Positions 40,712 through 48,845 of a stretch of DNA of 64,000 bases are shown here, in pieces. The stretch comes from Elusimicrobiota bacterium. Lineage in GTDB: Bacteria > Elusimicrobiota > Elusimicrobia > Elusimicrobiales > UBA9959. Location of the stretch: positions 1-64,000 of the forward strand of contig JAINCQ010000040.1 in assembly GCA_036574205.1 (NCBI GenBank), read 5' to 3'. The translations under genes were made by a program, and so were the position numbers. Below the pieces are notes generated by a model, which saw nothing but the letters and a program-made list of their open reading frames with translations, did no database searches and was not told where the DNA came from. The stretch's first letter is position 1. Each line of letters starts with the position of its first letter.

Positions 40712-41896
40712 ATGAATTTGGCAAAACGTATGAGCAGGCTTGGAACTGAAACAGCTTTTGAAGTTTTAGCAAAAGCAAAAAAACTTGAGGCTGAAGGAAA
40801 GGAAATAATCCATCTGGAAATAGGAGAGCCAGATTTTGACACCCCAAGAAATATAAAAAAGGCAGCGATAGACGCTATTAAATCTGGATATACTCACTAT
40901 ACCCCCTCTGCTGGGATCCCACAGGCAAGAGAGGCTGTGGCAGAATATCTGAATAAAACAAGACCAGGTATTGATGCAAAACCAGAGGATATAGTTATAA
41001 CAGTTGGAGGGAAACCAGTAATGCTTTATACGATAACAGCCCTTGTTGATGAAGGAGATGAGGTTATATGCCCAAACCCTTCTTACCCTATATATGAATC
41101 GCTTGTCAATTTTGTTGGAGGAAAAGTTATTCCAATACATATAAAAGAAGAGAAAGGATTTAATTTTGATGTTGATGAACTTGAAAAACTGATAACGCCA
41201 AAAACCAAACTGATTGTTATAAATTCACCAGCAAATCCAACAGGTGGAGTCATTCCCCAAAAAGATTTAGAAAAAATAGTTGAATTACTAAAGAAAAATC
41301 CGCAAATATACGTTTTATCTGATGAGATATACAGCGAAATTATATATTCTGGTAGTCATTTTTCAATAGCTACATATCCGGGGATGAGGCAAAGAACTAT
41401 TGTGCTTGACGGGCTTTCCAAAACTTACGCAATGACTGGATGGAGACTTGGTTATGGACTCTGTCCATCAGATATTGCTCCGTATATAACCAAATTGATA
41501 ACAAACTCTGTTTCATGCGCTCCCGCTTTTGGACAAATGGCATTGGTAGAAGCTCTTAAAGGGCCACAAAATTCTGTTAAGAAAATGCTCAGAGAATTTA
41601 AGAAAAGAAGAGATGCTATAGTAAAGGGATTAAATGAAATACCAGGTTTTTCATGCCAGGTTCCAAAAGGAGCTTTTTATGTTTTCCCCAATATAACAAA
41701 AACCGGGATGAAATCTCAACAATTAGCAGACATAATACTTTATGAAGCAGGTGTGGCATGTTTAAGTGGAACCTGTTTTGGATCATATGGGGAAGGATAT
41801 TTAAGATTTTCCTATGCAAATTCCCTTGAAAATATAAACAAAGCTATAGATAAAATAAAAGCTATATCAGGAAAGTGGGCAAGTAACGTAAAATAA
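40712..41896 (+). CDS. Class I PLP-dependent aminotransferase (aspartate aminotransferase-like)
   Basis: GEPDF, NSPANPTG, SDEIY, SKTYAMTGWRLG, GAFY, RFSYA; SD AAGGAGG before ATG 40712. Confidence 0.92.
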   Translation: MNLAKRMSRLGTETAFEVLAKAKKLEAEGKEIIHLEIGEPDFDTPRNIKKAAIDAIKSGYTHYTPSAGIPQAREAVAEYLNKTRPGIDAKPEDIVITVGGKPVMLYTITALVDEGDEVICPNPSYPIYESLVNFVGGKVIPIHIKEEKGFNFDVDELEKLITPKTKLIVINSPANPTGGVIPQKDLEKIVELLKKNPQIYVLSDEIYSEIIYSGSHFSIATYPGMRQRTIVLDGLSKTYAMTGWRLGYGLCPSDIAPYITKLITNSVSCAPAFGQMALVEALKGPQNSVKKMLREFKKRRDAIVKGLNEIPGFSCQVPKGAFYVFPNITKTGMKSQQLADIILYEAGVACLSGTCFGSYGEGYLRFSYANSLENINKAIDKIKAISGKWASNVK

Positions 41897-41916
41897 ACAA
41901 CTTAAGTCATTTTCAA

Positions 41917-43758
41917 TTATTTAGCTTTTGCAAGGGCAAAATAAAAAGTACTTCCCTTTCCCTTTTCAGATTCAAACCATATTCTTCCATTATGTTTTTC
42001 TATAATACTTTTGGCTATTGAAAGTCCAAGCCCTGTTCCATCTGTATTAAGCATGATATCTTTTGAACGATAAAATTTTTCAAAAATATATTTTTTATCT
42101 TCTTCACTTATTCCATAGCCGCTGTCTGAAACAGAAAATACCACTACACTGCCTCTGTCATGAATATTAACATTTACTTCAGAACCACCAGGTGAATACT
42201 TTATAGCATTATCTACAAGATTCATTACTGCCTGCAATATCCATCGTTTATCAACCATTACATAAACTTTATCTGAATTGTGATTAAAATTTATTTTTAT
42301 TTTTTTGAGATATGACTTAAACTGTAAGGATTTTAAAGAATTATCAACAATTTCAATTAAATCATTTTTTTCAAGCTCAATATCCTGCTCCGAGTTGAGT
42401 CTTGAAATATCAAGAAGATTTGTAACTATACCTATCAACCTGTCAGTAGCCTGACCTACCATATTTAGGAAAGCATTCTGCTGTTCATTCAACTCCCCCG
42501 CTTCTCCATTGAGCAATATTGAAACAAATCCCTTTATTGTAGTAAGAGGTGTTTTTATCTCGTGATTTATTGTTGAAATAAACTCATCCTTAATTTTATT
42601 AAGGTTAGCAAGATTGGCAGCATCTATAGAAATATTTCTATAAAGCTCAAATAAATTTACCATAACCGCCAATTCTTTTGAGATTATCTCCATTAACCTT
42701 ATATCATCCAATGAAATTTCTTTCTTCTCAGAAAATCCTGCGACAAGCACCCCGAACTTGTTTTTGGGACTATATATTGGTAAAATGACTGCGGTTTTTA
42801 TTTTATTATCAAGAAAAATCTTGTCTGATATATTCTTTTCATCATAAACGTAAAGAGTATTTTTATTAAGGAAAGATTTTACTATAAGCGAATCATAATC
42901 TCCAAGGTCTATTGAATAATTGGCTATATTTAAATTACCAGGGGCATAAGAATTAGGCGAAAGTTTTTTTTCCATTTCGTTATATGAATAATAAATGACA
43001 AATGTCGGTGTTATTGTGTTATATATCAACTCCACAAGATGTTTTATTGTTTTTCCCATATCATCTGAACTGAAACTTGTTATGCCTTCATAAAAAATTT
43101 TAGATTCCTTGCTTTTCTTTATAAGTCTTGAACCTTGATTTTCAAGTTCTTTAATTACGCTATCTATTTCTATTTTAAGCTTCTTGTTTTCATCAGAAAT
43201 TCTATATAAAGACTCATAATAATTATTTAAAAATCTAAAAAAAGAAAGCATAAATTTCAAATAATGTAAAATGCAATTTTTGTCTTCATCCCCTATATTT
43301 ATTGCGGAAATAATTTTTCTTGTAGATGTAAAAAGCGGCATAAGTATAAATTTTTTATGTTTACCTTCAAAAAGAGTACCTTTTTCCACCACAATAATAT
43401 CGTCCTTTATAGAAGATATGTTTTTTTCTATCTCAGAGAAATCTATTTCATCCCCCTCATTATTTACCCCTCCTATATAAGTCCATTGTCCATCTTTTTC
43501 CTCAAACAAATAAACTGATATATCTGAAAATATAGAAGTAAGCTTTATAAAAATCATGTTAATCAGATTGATATGGTCTTGCCTTGAAAGATTTGCAGAA
43601 ACAGAAAGGGTTGAAGAAACGAATTCATCAAACTTTACATAGAATTTATCAAGATATTCAATCCTGCTATATAAAGGAATAACCTGATAAAATTTTATAA
43701 ACCAATAGACAATAAAGACTAATACAACTATTATTGTAAAAACCGACAGGAAACTCAT
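41917..43758 (-). CDS. Membrane-anchored GAF-domain sensor histidine kinase
   Basis: N-terminal TM; GAF-like AVILPI..FGVL; H-box NHEIKTPL; N-box NLVDNAIKYS; DSGYG, FEKFYR, GTGLGL. Confidence 0.92.
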   Translation of the reverse strand: MSFLSVFTIIVVLVFIVYWFIKFYQVIPLYSRIEYLDKFYVKFDEFVSSTLSVSANLSRQDHINLINMIFIKLTSIFSDISVYLFEEKDGQWTYIGGVNNEGDEIDFSEIEKNISSIKDDIIVVEKGTLFEGKHKKFILMPLFTSTRKIISAINIGDEDKNCILHYLKFMLSFFRFLNNYYESLYRISDENKKLKIEIDSVIKELENQGSRLIKKSKESKIFYEGITSFSSDDMGKTIKHLVELIYNTITPTFVIYYSYNEMEKKLSPNSYAPGNLNIANYSIDLGDYDSLIVKSFLNKNTLYVYDEKNISDKIFLDNKIKTAVILPIYSPKNKFGVLVAGFSEKKEISLDDIRLMEIISKELAVMVNLFELYRNISIDAANLANLNKIKDEFISTINHEIKTPLTTIKGFVSILLNGEAGELNEQQNAFLNMVGQATDRLIGIVTNLLDISRLNSEQDIELEKNDLIEIVDNSLKSLQFKSYLKKIKINFNHNSDKVYVMVDKRWILQAVMNLVDNAIKYSPGGSEVNVNIHDRGSVVVFSVSDSGYGISEEDKKYIFEKFYRSKDIMLNTDGTGLGLSIAKSIIEKHNGRIWFESEKGKGSTFYFALAKAK

Positions 43759-45545
43759 ATAAGGTCTAATATAGCATTAAGATACATTGATTTGGCTTTT
43801 AATCTGTTCAGATATATCCATCCAGTCTTAATATTAAGACTTTCCATTATTTTTTCAGTAATATGCCTGAATTCTTCTTCTTTTGCGCTTAAAGCACTTG
43901 TTGGAGGTGGACCGATAACAACAAGCCCGTTTATATTTTTATCTACGACAAAATTTCCTATCTTAAAAGGAATTCCATATACCTCATCCGGATCATATTC
44001 CTCTACAAAAATATTTTTCCACGAGATATCCATAGATAAAGTTTTTGATAATTCTTCCTTCATTTTGTTAAAAACATAATTTACATAATTTTTCATGTTT
44101 TTAGGACAGAATACTCCCCCTTTATAAAAGCTTTCATCATCATTTGCAGCATAGAAATTGGCGCCGCTTATCTCCTTTTCAGAAGGAGAGCTCATATCAT
44201 CTTTTTCCCCTATAAGCATGGCAATAAGATCCTGATGCAAAAGAGATGGATTAAAAGGAGATATATATTTTTCTAACTTTTTCATTCTAAAAAGTATTTT
44301 ATTTACGGTTCTAAAGTCCATATTCTTAACAACAAAAAAATTCTTTATGTGATCTTCAGAAAGTTTAATATCCATATTAGTCAATATCTGATTTAATATC
44401 ATTCTATATGTCTGCGGATTAGGAGGCTTTATATCAACCATCCATCCCTGAGAAAATTGTATGCCTAACATATTCTCAAGCGGCTCAAGCTCCTGAGGAG
44501 AAAAAAGCGATGAAAAAACAACCTGTTTATTTGATTGCATGGAATTGTTTATAACCTTGGATATAAAAGATTTATTTTCTTTATTTATGAGCATTAAATG
44601 TATATCATCTATTATTATAACCTTACAATCATTTATAATTTTCTCAAGGCTATCAAGAAATGAATTCTTTATTGCAAGATTAACCCCCATAGAAAACTTT
44701 ACACCACTTGTAACGAATATATCCTTCTGCCCAATTGTTGAGGAAAGCCCATAAGACATTGAATGTATAAAATGAGATTTTCCATTGCCGCGAGGGCCAT
44801 ATATCAAAATCGGATTATACATTACGCCTGGGTTTTCAACAACCGCCATAGCTGCTGCATGAGCGAAACGGTTATGAGAAGCAGTTATTAGAGTTTGAAA
44901 ACTGAGCGTGGGATTTAAAGGAAGTTCTATGGACCATTTAAGTCTCAAGCTTTCTATGACCGTTTTATTTACTTTTGTCTGGCTCTTTTTAGCTTTTTCA
45001 TCCTTTTCTTTTCCTTCTTCCTCTGCACTTTTTTTTATCTTATCTAAACTCATTCTCATTGATTGAGACGCAGGCACAGCTGGACCAAAAGATTTGATAA
45101 CTTTTCTATCTGTTTCTTCCTTCCCTTTTTCTTGAGGTTTTGCCTCAACTATTGGCGGTTTTGTATCCTCTATATTACGTTGCTGGGCTTTAACTTCAAG
45201 ATCTGGCATCGGGATAGACAATGAATCAACCTCATTATTTTTAACAGATCCAGCACTAACAAAATCAACCTGAGCATTTGAAACGACAGTACTAGATTCC
45301 GTATCTGTAATTCTTCCACTAGTTATCTCTTCTATAGTTTTCCTTAGTTTTTTATCTACTTCTTCATTAAAATCAAAAAGATATATTAAGAAATTATAAT
45401 CAGAAGAAATTATTCTTTCAGGCCTTGAACATACTGCACCTAATTTTTTAACTATTTTTAAAATATCCTTTAATTCACACTTAAGCAAAAGCATATATTT
45501 GTTTTCTGAGTCTTTAACCTTTGAAGTCTCCCATTTACTAATCAT
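43755..45545 (-). CDS. DnaA/Hda-type AAA+ domain protein, not canonical DnaA
   Basis: LNP.LSFQTLI..HNRFAHAAA.AV.ENPG..YNPILIYGPRGNGKSH, IIDDIH; no recognisable domain IV HTH. Confidence 0.85.
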   Translation of the reverse strand: MISKWETSKVKDSENKYMLLLKCELKDILKIVKKLGAVCSRPERIISSDYNFLIYLFDFNEEVDKKLRKTIEEITSGRITDTESSTVVSNAQVDFVSAGSVKNNEVDSLSIPMPDLEVKAQQRNIEDTKPPIVEAKPQEKGKEETDRKVIKSFGPAVPASQSMRMSLDKIKKSAEEEGKEKDEKAKKSQTKVNKTVIESLRLKWSIELPLNPTLSFQTLITASHNRFAHAAAMAVVENPGVMYNPILIYGPRGNGKSHFIHSMSYGLSSTIGQKDIFVTSGVKFSMGVNLAIKNSFLDSLEKIINDCKVIIIDDIHLMLINKENKSFISKVINNSMQSNKQVVFSSLFSPQELEPLENMLGIQFSQGWMVDIKPPNPQTYRMILNQILTNMDIKLSEDHIKNFFVVKNMDFRTVNKILFRMKKLEKYISPFNPSLLHQDLIAMLIGEKDDMSSPSEKEISGANFYAANDDESFYKGGVFCPKNMKNYVNYVFNKMKEELSKTLSMDISWKNIFVEEYDPDEVYGIPFKIGNFVVDKNINGLVVIGPPPTSALSAKEEEFRHITEKIMESLNIKTGWIYLNRLKAKSMYLNAILDLI

Positions 45546-45548
45546 AAA

Positions 45549-46679
45549 TCACCTTACAATTAACTCCATTATTAATTCTAACGCTATGCTTCTATTAAAA
45601 TTATTTTTTTTGAAATTAACGAAATAAATATTATTATGAGAAAGCGCATTTTCTATTTCATACTTTTTCTCCATAGGCAACTCACCTATAAGGACAACAG
45701 CACAGACTTTCTCCTCTTTTGAATTTAAAAGCACAGAATCAGCGTTAAGATCGTCACTATACGGCAAAACAAAAGCCCTTTTTACAAACATTGGCTTATC
45801 TTTTGAGCTAAGACATATCTCATCTATTGTTTTAAGAGCCTCTTTAAAAACCTCTTCGTCTGAGCCATAAATAAACCCTACACTTTTTATACGTTCAGGT
45901 AAAACCTCAGGTGGTGGTTGTAAAGAAAGATATTTATTTAATTCCATGGAAAATTCAAGGTTTATATTAGAATTAGAGTTTTCATGTCCCATAGTAGCAG
46001 ATACATCGTTTTTTTCAATATCTAAAGCTAACGTTTCTTCAGATTTTTTTATATTATCTTCTAAAACAGGACTAAATTCAATAATTTCATCAGGTTTATT
46101 TTCTTTTAATCCCTCCGACAGGTTTATATCCAGGTTAATATCTTTTTCAATTTTTTCATCATTCTTTTCTTCGGTCTTAACCTCAACACCAACACTATCT
46201 TCATTTGTGTTTACAGAAATATCTTCTTTTTCCTTTTCTCTTTCCAAATTTTGACTATTATCAGCCGTCTGTAAAACAACATCAGAACCTTCCTCCTTAG
46301 TTTCATTGTTATTTACTTGTTCTATATTTTCAGATTTGACCTCAGTTTGATTTACATCTACTTTTTTTTCATCTTTATTTTCAGAAATAATAGTATGGTC
46401 AAACAACTGGATATCATCTAAATTAATATCATCGGTTGTTTTTTTAGAATCATCAGAATTTTCATTCTCGTTATTAATCTTGGAGGTATCAGCGTTTATC
46501 TTTTTTGTCTCTTCTTCCACCAATTGTTTGTCTTTGTTTAAATCAGTCAATTCTTCTTTCTCTTCTGAAGTTTTTTTAACACTATCAAGGACTTCCGGCA
46601 TTTTATCAAGCAAAGAATTCAAATCATTTAAAATATCATCAAAAGACCTTTTTTTATTTTTATCATCACTATTATCCAT
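45549..46679 (-). CDS. Hypothetical protein: short N-terminal helix, long acidic low-complexity linker, C-terminal alpha/beta domain
   Basis: 376-aa ORF with SD GGAG; E/D/K/N-rich middle; 3 nt from the next gene. Confidence 0.8.
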   Translation of the reverse strand: MDNSDDKNKKRSFDDILNDLNSLLDKMPEVLDSVKKTSEEKEELTDLNKDKQLVEEETKKINADTSKINNENENSDDSKKTTDDINLDDIQLFDHTIISENKDEKKVDVNQTEVKSENIEQVNNNETKEEGSDVVLQTADNSQNLEREKEKEDISVNTNEDSVGVEVKTEEKNDEKIEKDINLDINLSEGLKENKPDEIIEFSPVLEDNIKKSEETLALDIEKNDVSATMGHENSNSNINLEFSMELNKYLSLQPPPEVLPERIKSVGFIYGSDEEVFKEALKTIDEICLSSKDKPMFVKRAFVLPYSDDLNADSVLLNSKEEKVCAVVLIGELPMEKKYEIENALSHNNIYFVNFKKNNFNRSIALELIMELIVR

Positions 46680-46817
46680 ATCTATATCTCCAAAAATAGT
46701 ATTTTCTAGAGCTAAACTGTTACCAATATAAATTATACAATTTATTTAATTCATATTTCAGGATCTTTTATGTTTTAGTTTTCGCATAATAAATTCCTAA
46801 AATGTTATAATAATTTT

Positions 46818-48236
46818 ATGATAACAATTAATAATTTAAACCCAAATTTAAGAAAAGCGCAATATGCCGTGCGTGGCAAAATACTTCAACGGGCTTATGA
46901 ACTTGAAAAAAAAGGGAGAAAAATAATTTATTGCAATATAGGAAATCCTCAGGCTTTAAAACAAAAACCTATTACATATGTCAGGCAACTTTTAGCTCTT
47001 ACTGAATACCCATCTCTAATAGACAATCAAAAAAGAGGACTTTTTTTTAATGATGTAATAAAAAAAGCAAAACAAATATTGAAAGAAAATCCAAATGGAC
47101 TTGGAGCCTATACCCAAAGCGAAGGAATGCCCTTTATTAGAAAATCTGTGGCTGAATTTATAAAAAAGCGTGATACAATAGATGCTACTCCAGAGAGGAT
47201 AATTTTAACAGATGGGGCTTCAAAAGGAATTCAGGCAGTTTTTACCCTTTTAATAAAAAATTCAAACTCAGGCTTTATGATCCCGATTCCTCAGTATCCC
47301 CTTTATAGCGCTACAATAGCATTATATGGAGCAAAACAAATAAATTACTATTTAGACGAAGATAAACACTGGGAACTTAATGAGAATGAACTAAAATCAA
47401 GCATTAATGAGGCAGTTAAAAATAAAATAGAACCAGTTGCTATAGTGGTTATAAATCCAGGCAATCCAACAGGGGCTGTTCTTTCAAAAGAAAACATAAA
47501 AATGATAATAAACTTTGCAAGGAAATATAATCTTTCAATACTGGCAGATGAAGTTTATCAAGAAAATATATATAGTTCCAAACATTCCTTTCATTCTTTT
47601 GCTAAAGTAATGTCGGAGATGAAAATAACAGACGTTCCATTATTCAGTTTTCATTCAACCTCAAAAGGCTTTTTTGGTGAATGTGGACATAGAGGTGGAT
47701 ATCTTGAAACAAGAAATGTAGGAGATGATGTATATTATGAAATAATAAAACTTCAATCCATAGGGCTTTGCGCAAATACAGCAGGTCAAATTGTTACTTA
47801 TGCAATGGTCAATCCACCTCAAAAAAATGAAGATAGTTATGAGTTATACATGAAAGAGAAAAATTCAATACTTTCAGAACTTAAGAAAAAAGCTGAAATA
47901 CTGGGGGAGGAATTAAATAAAATAGAAGGGGTTTCCCTTAAAATACCATATGGTGCAATGTATGCTTTTGTAAAAATAGACTTACCCCAACCAAAGGATA
48001 TTAATTTTAAAAATATGACTCAAAAAGAGATTGTTGAGTATGAATCAAAAAGAGATTTTGATTACTGCCTTAATCTGCTTGAAGAAACAGGCATATGCGT
48101 GGTCCCGGGGTCTGGATTTGGTCAGAAACCTCATACATATCACTTCAGAACTACATTTTTGCCGCCATTAGAGGAAATAAAGTATTTTGTAAAAAAATTT
48201 AAAAACTTTCACTTTAATTATTTAAAAAAAATATAA
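46818..48236 (+). CDS. Alanine aminotransferase, GPT/plant AlaAT-like
   Basis: YAVRG, CNIGNPQ, TDGAS, PIPQYPLYSA, INPGNPTG, FHSTSKG..GECGHRGGY, VPGSGFGQ, HFRTTFLP. Confidence 0.9.
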   Translation: MITINNLNPNLRKAQYAVRGKILQRAYELEKKGRKIIYCNIGNPQALKQKPITYVRQLLALTEYPSLIDNQKRGLFFNDVIKKAKQILKENPNGLGAYTQSEGMPFIRKSVAEFIKKRDTIDATPERIILTDGASKGIQAVFTLLIKNSNSGFMIPIPQYPLYSATIALYGAKQINYYLDEDKHWELNENELKSSINEAVKNKIEPVAIVVINPGNPTGAVLSKENIKMIINFARKYNLSILADEVYQENIYSSKHSFHSFAKVMSEMKITDVPLFSFHSTSKGFFGECGHRGGYLETRNVGDDVYYEIIKLQSIGLCANTAGQIVTYAMVNPPQKNEDSYELYMKEKNSILSELKKKAEILGEELNKIEGVSLKIPYGAMYAFVKIDLPQPKDINFKNMTQKEIVEYESKRDFDYCLNLLEETGICVVPGSGFGQKPHTYHFRTTFLPPLEEIKYFVKKFKNFHFNYLKKI

Positions 48237-48272
48237 CAAATTAGTTTCTAAATAAGGTAAAATTTATTTAAT

Positions 48273-48360
48273 GGGCTGGTGGCGGAATTGGTAGACGCGA
48301 CGGACTTAAAATCCGTTGGCTGATTAAACAGCCGTGCGGGTTCGAGTCCCGCCCTGCCCA
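48273..48360 (+). tRNA. tRNA-Leu (anticodon TAA)
   Basis: Cloverleaf with D-loop GGTAGACG, anticodon arm ACGGA-CTTAAAA-TCCGT, long variable arm, T arm GCGGG-TTCGAGT-CCCGC, discriminator A; CCA not encoded. Confidence 0.96.
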
Positions 48361-48611
48361 CTGCTGGTACTAAGTCATGGCGGTAAGCCATGACGTGGGT
48401 GAGGACTGCCTTTAGAGCGAAACCTCAAATGGTTTTGCGTGCAGTCCGCAAGGCCGCAGTTCGCCCTGGGCATACAGGCGAACGAGGCGGGGTCGCGCAA
48501 AGCCCGCCAGGCTTATGCGTGACTCGAAAGCCCGCAGCAAAACTTGGGCAATACAGTTTTGCGAGGGGCGGCCCGCAAAAAATTTTGCGGTTAGCAAAAT
48601 TTATTTGTGGG
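48361..48611 (+). ncRNA. Putative structured non-coding element (six hairpins) of unknown family
   Basis: About 57% GC (hand count 48361..48600); consecutive stems with G.U pairs on the + strand; duplicated stem-loop motif. Confidence 0.55.
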
Positions 48612-48635
48612 AGAATTCCTTTGACATATTAAAAT

Positions 48636-48845
48636 CTCTTCCCCCTTAACTCTTCTCACCCTAACCATCTCCAAAAAGGAGAGGGGATATGGCAGTTAAA
48701 CCGTCTAAGGAAGATAAAATCAGTTTTTCTTTGGCTTAAGAAAACAATTATCCACAGTTTAATTATGGCCGTGGAAAATTAGTGGATGTTGTTTTATGGC
48801 TGACTGTTCTTATAAAACTGGCCAATATGTTTCTGATATTTTGCA
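48636..48845. repeat. Mosaic intergenic repeat, copy C (partial)
   Basis: CTCACCCTAACCATCTCCAAAAAGGAGAGGGGA, GCAGTTAAACCGTCTAAGGAAG, ACAATTATCCACAGTTTAA...AAAATTAGTGGATG and CCAATATGTTTCTGATATTTTGCA match copies A and/or B. Confidence 0.85.

Noticed and set aside
43755..45545. Canonical dnaA
   Set aside because: No domain IV signature, no arginine finger and not in a dnaA-dnaN context
48361..48611. tmRNA, RNase P, SRP, 6S, group I/II intron or ZTP riboswitch
   Set aside because: Hallmarks are absent (no tRNA-like end, GAGGAAAGUCC, SRP loop or domain V); CGCCCTGGGCA only superficially resembles the ZTP 3' element
48390..48632. ORFs 48390..48632 (+) and 48412..48597 (-)
   Set aside because: Explained by high GC in a hairpin-rich region; no SD, and composition unlike the other genes
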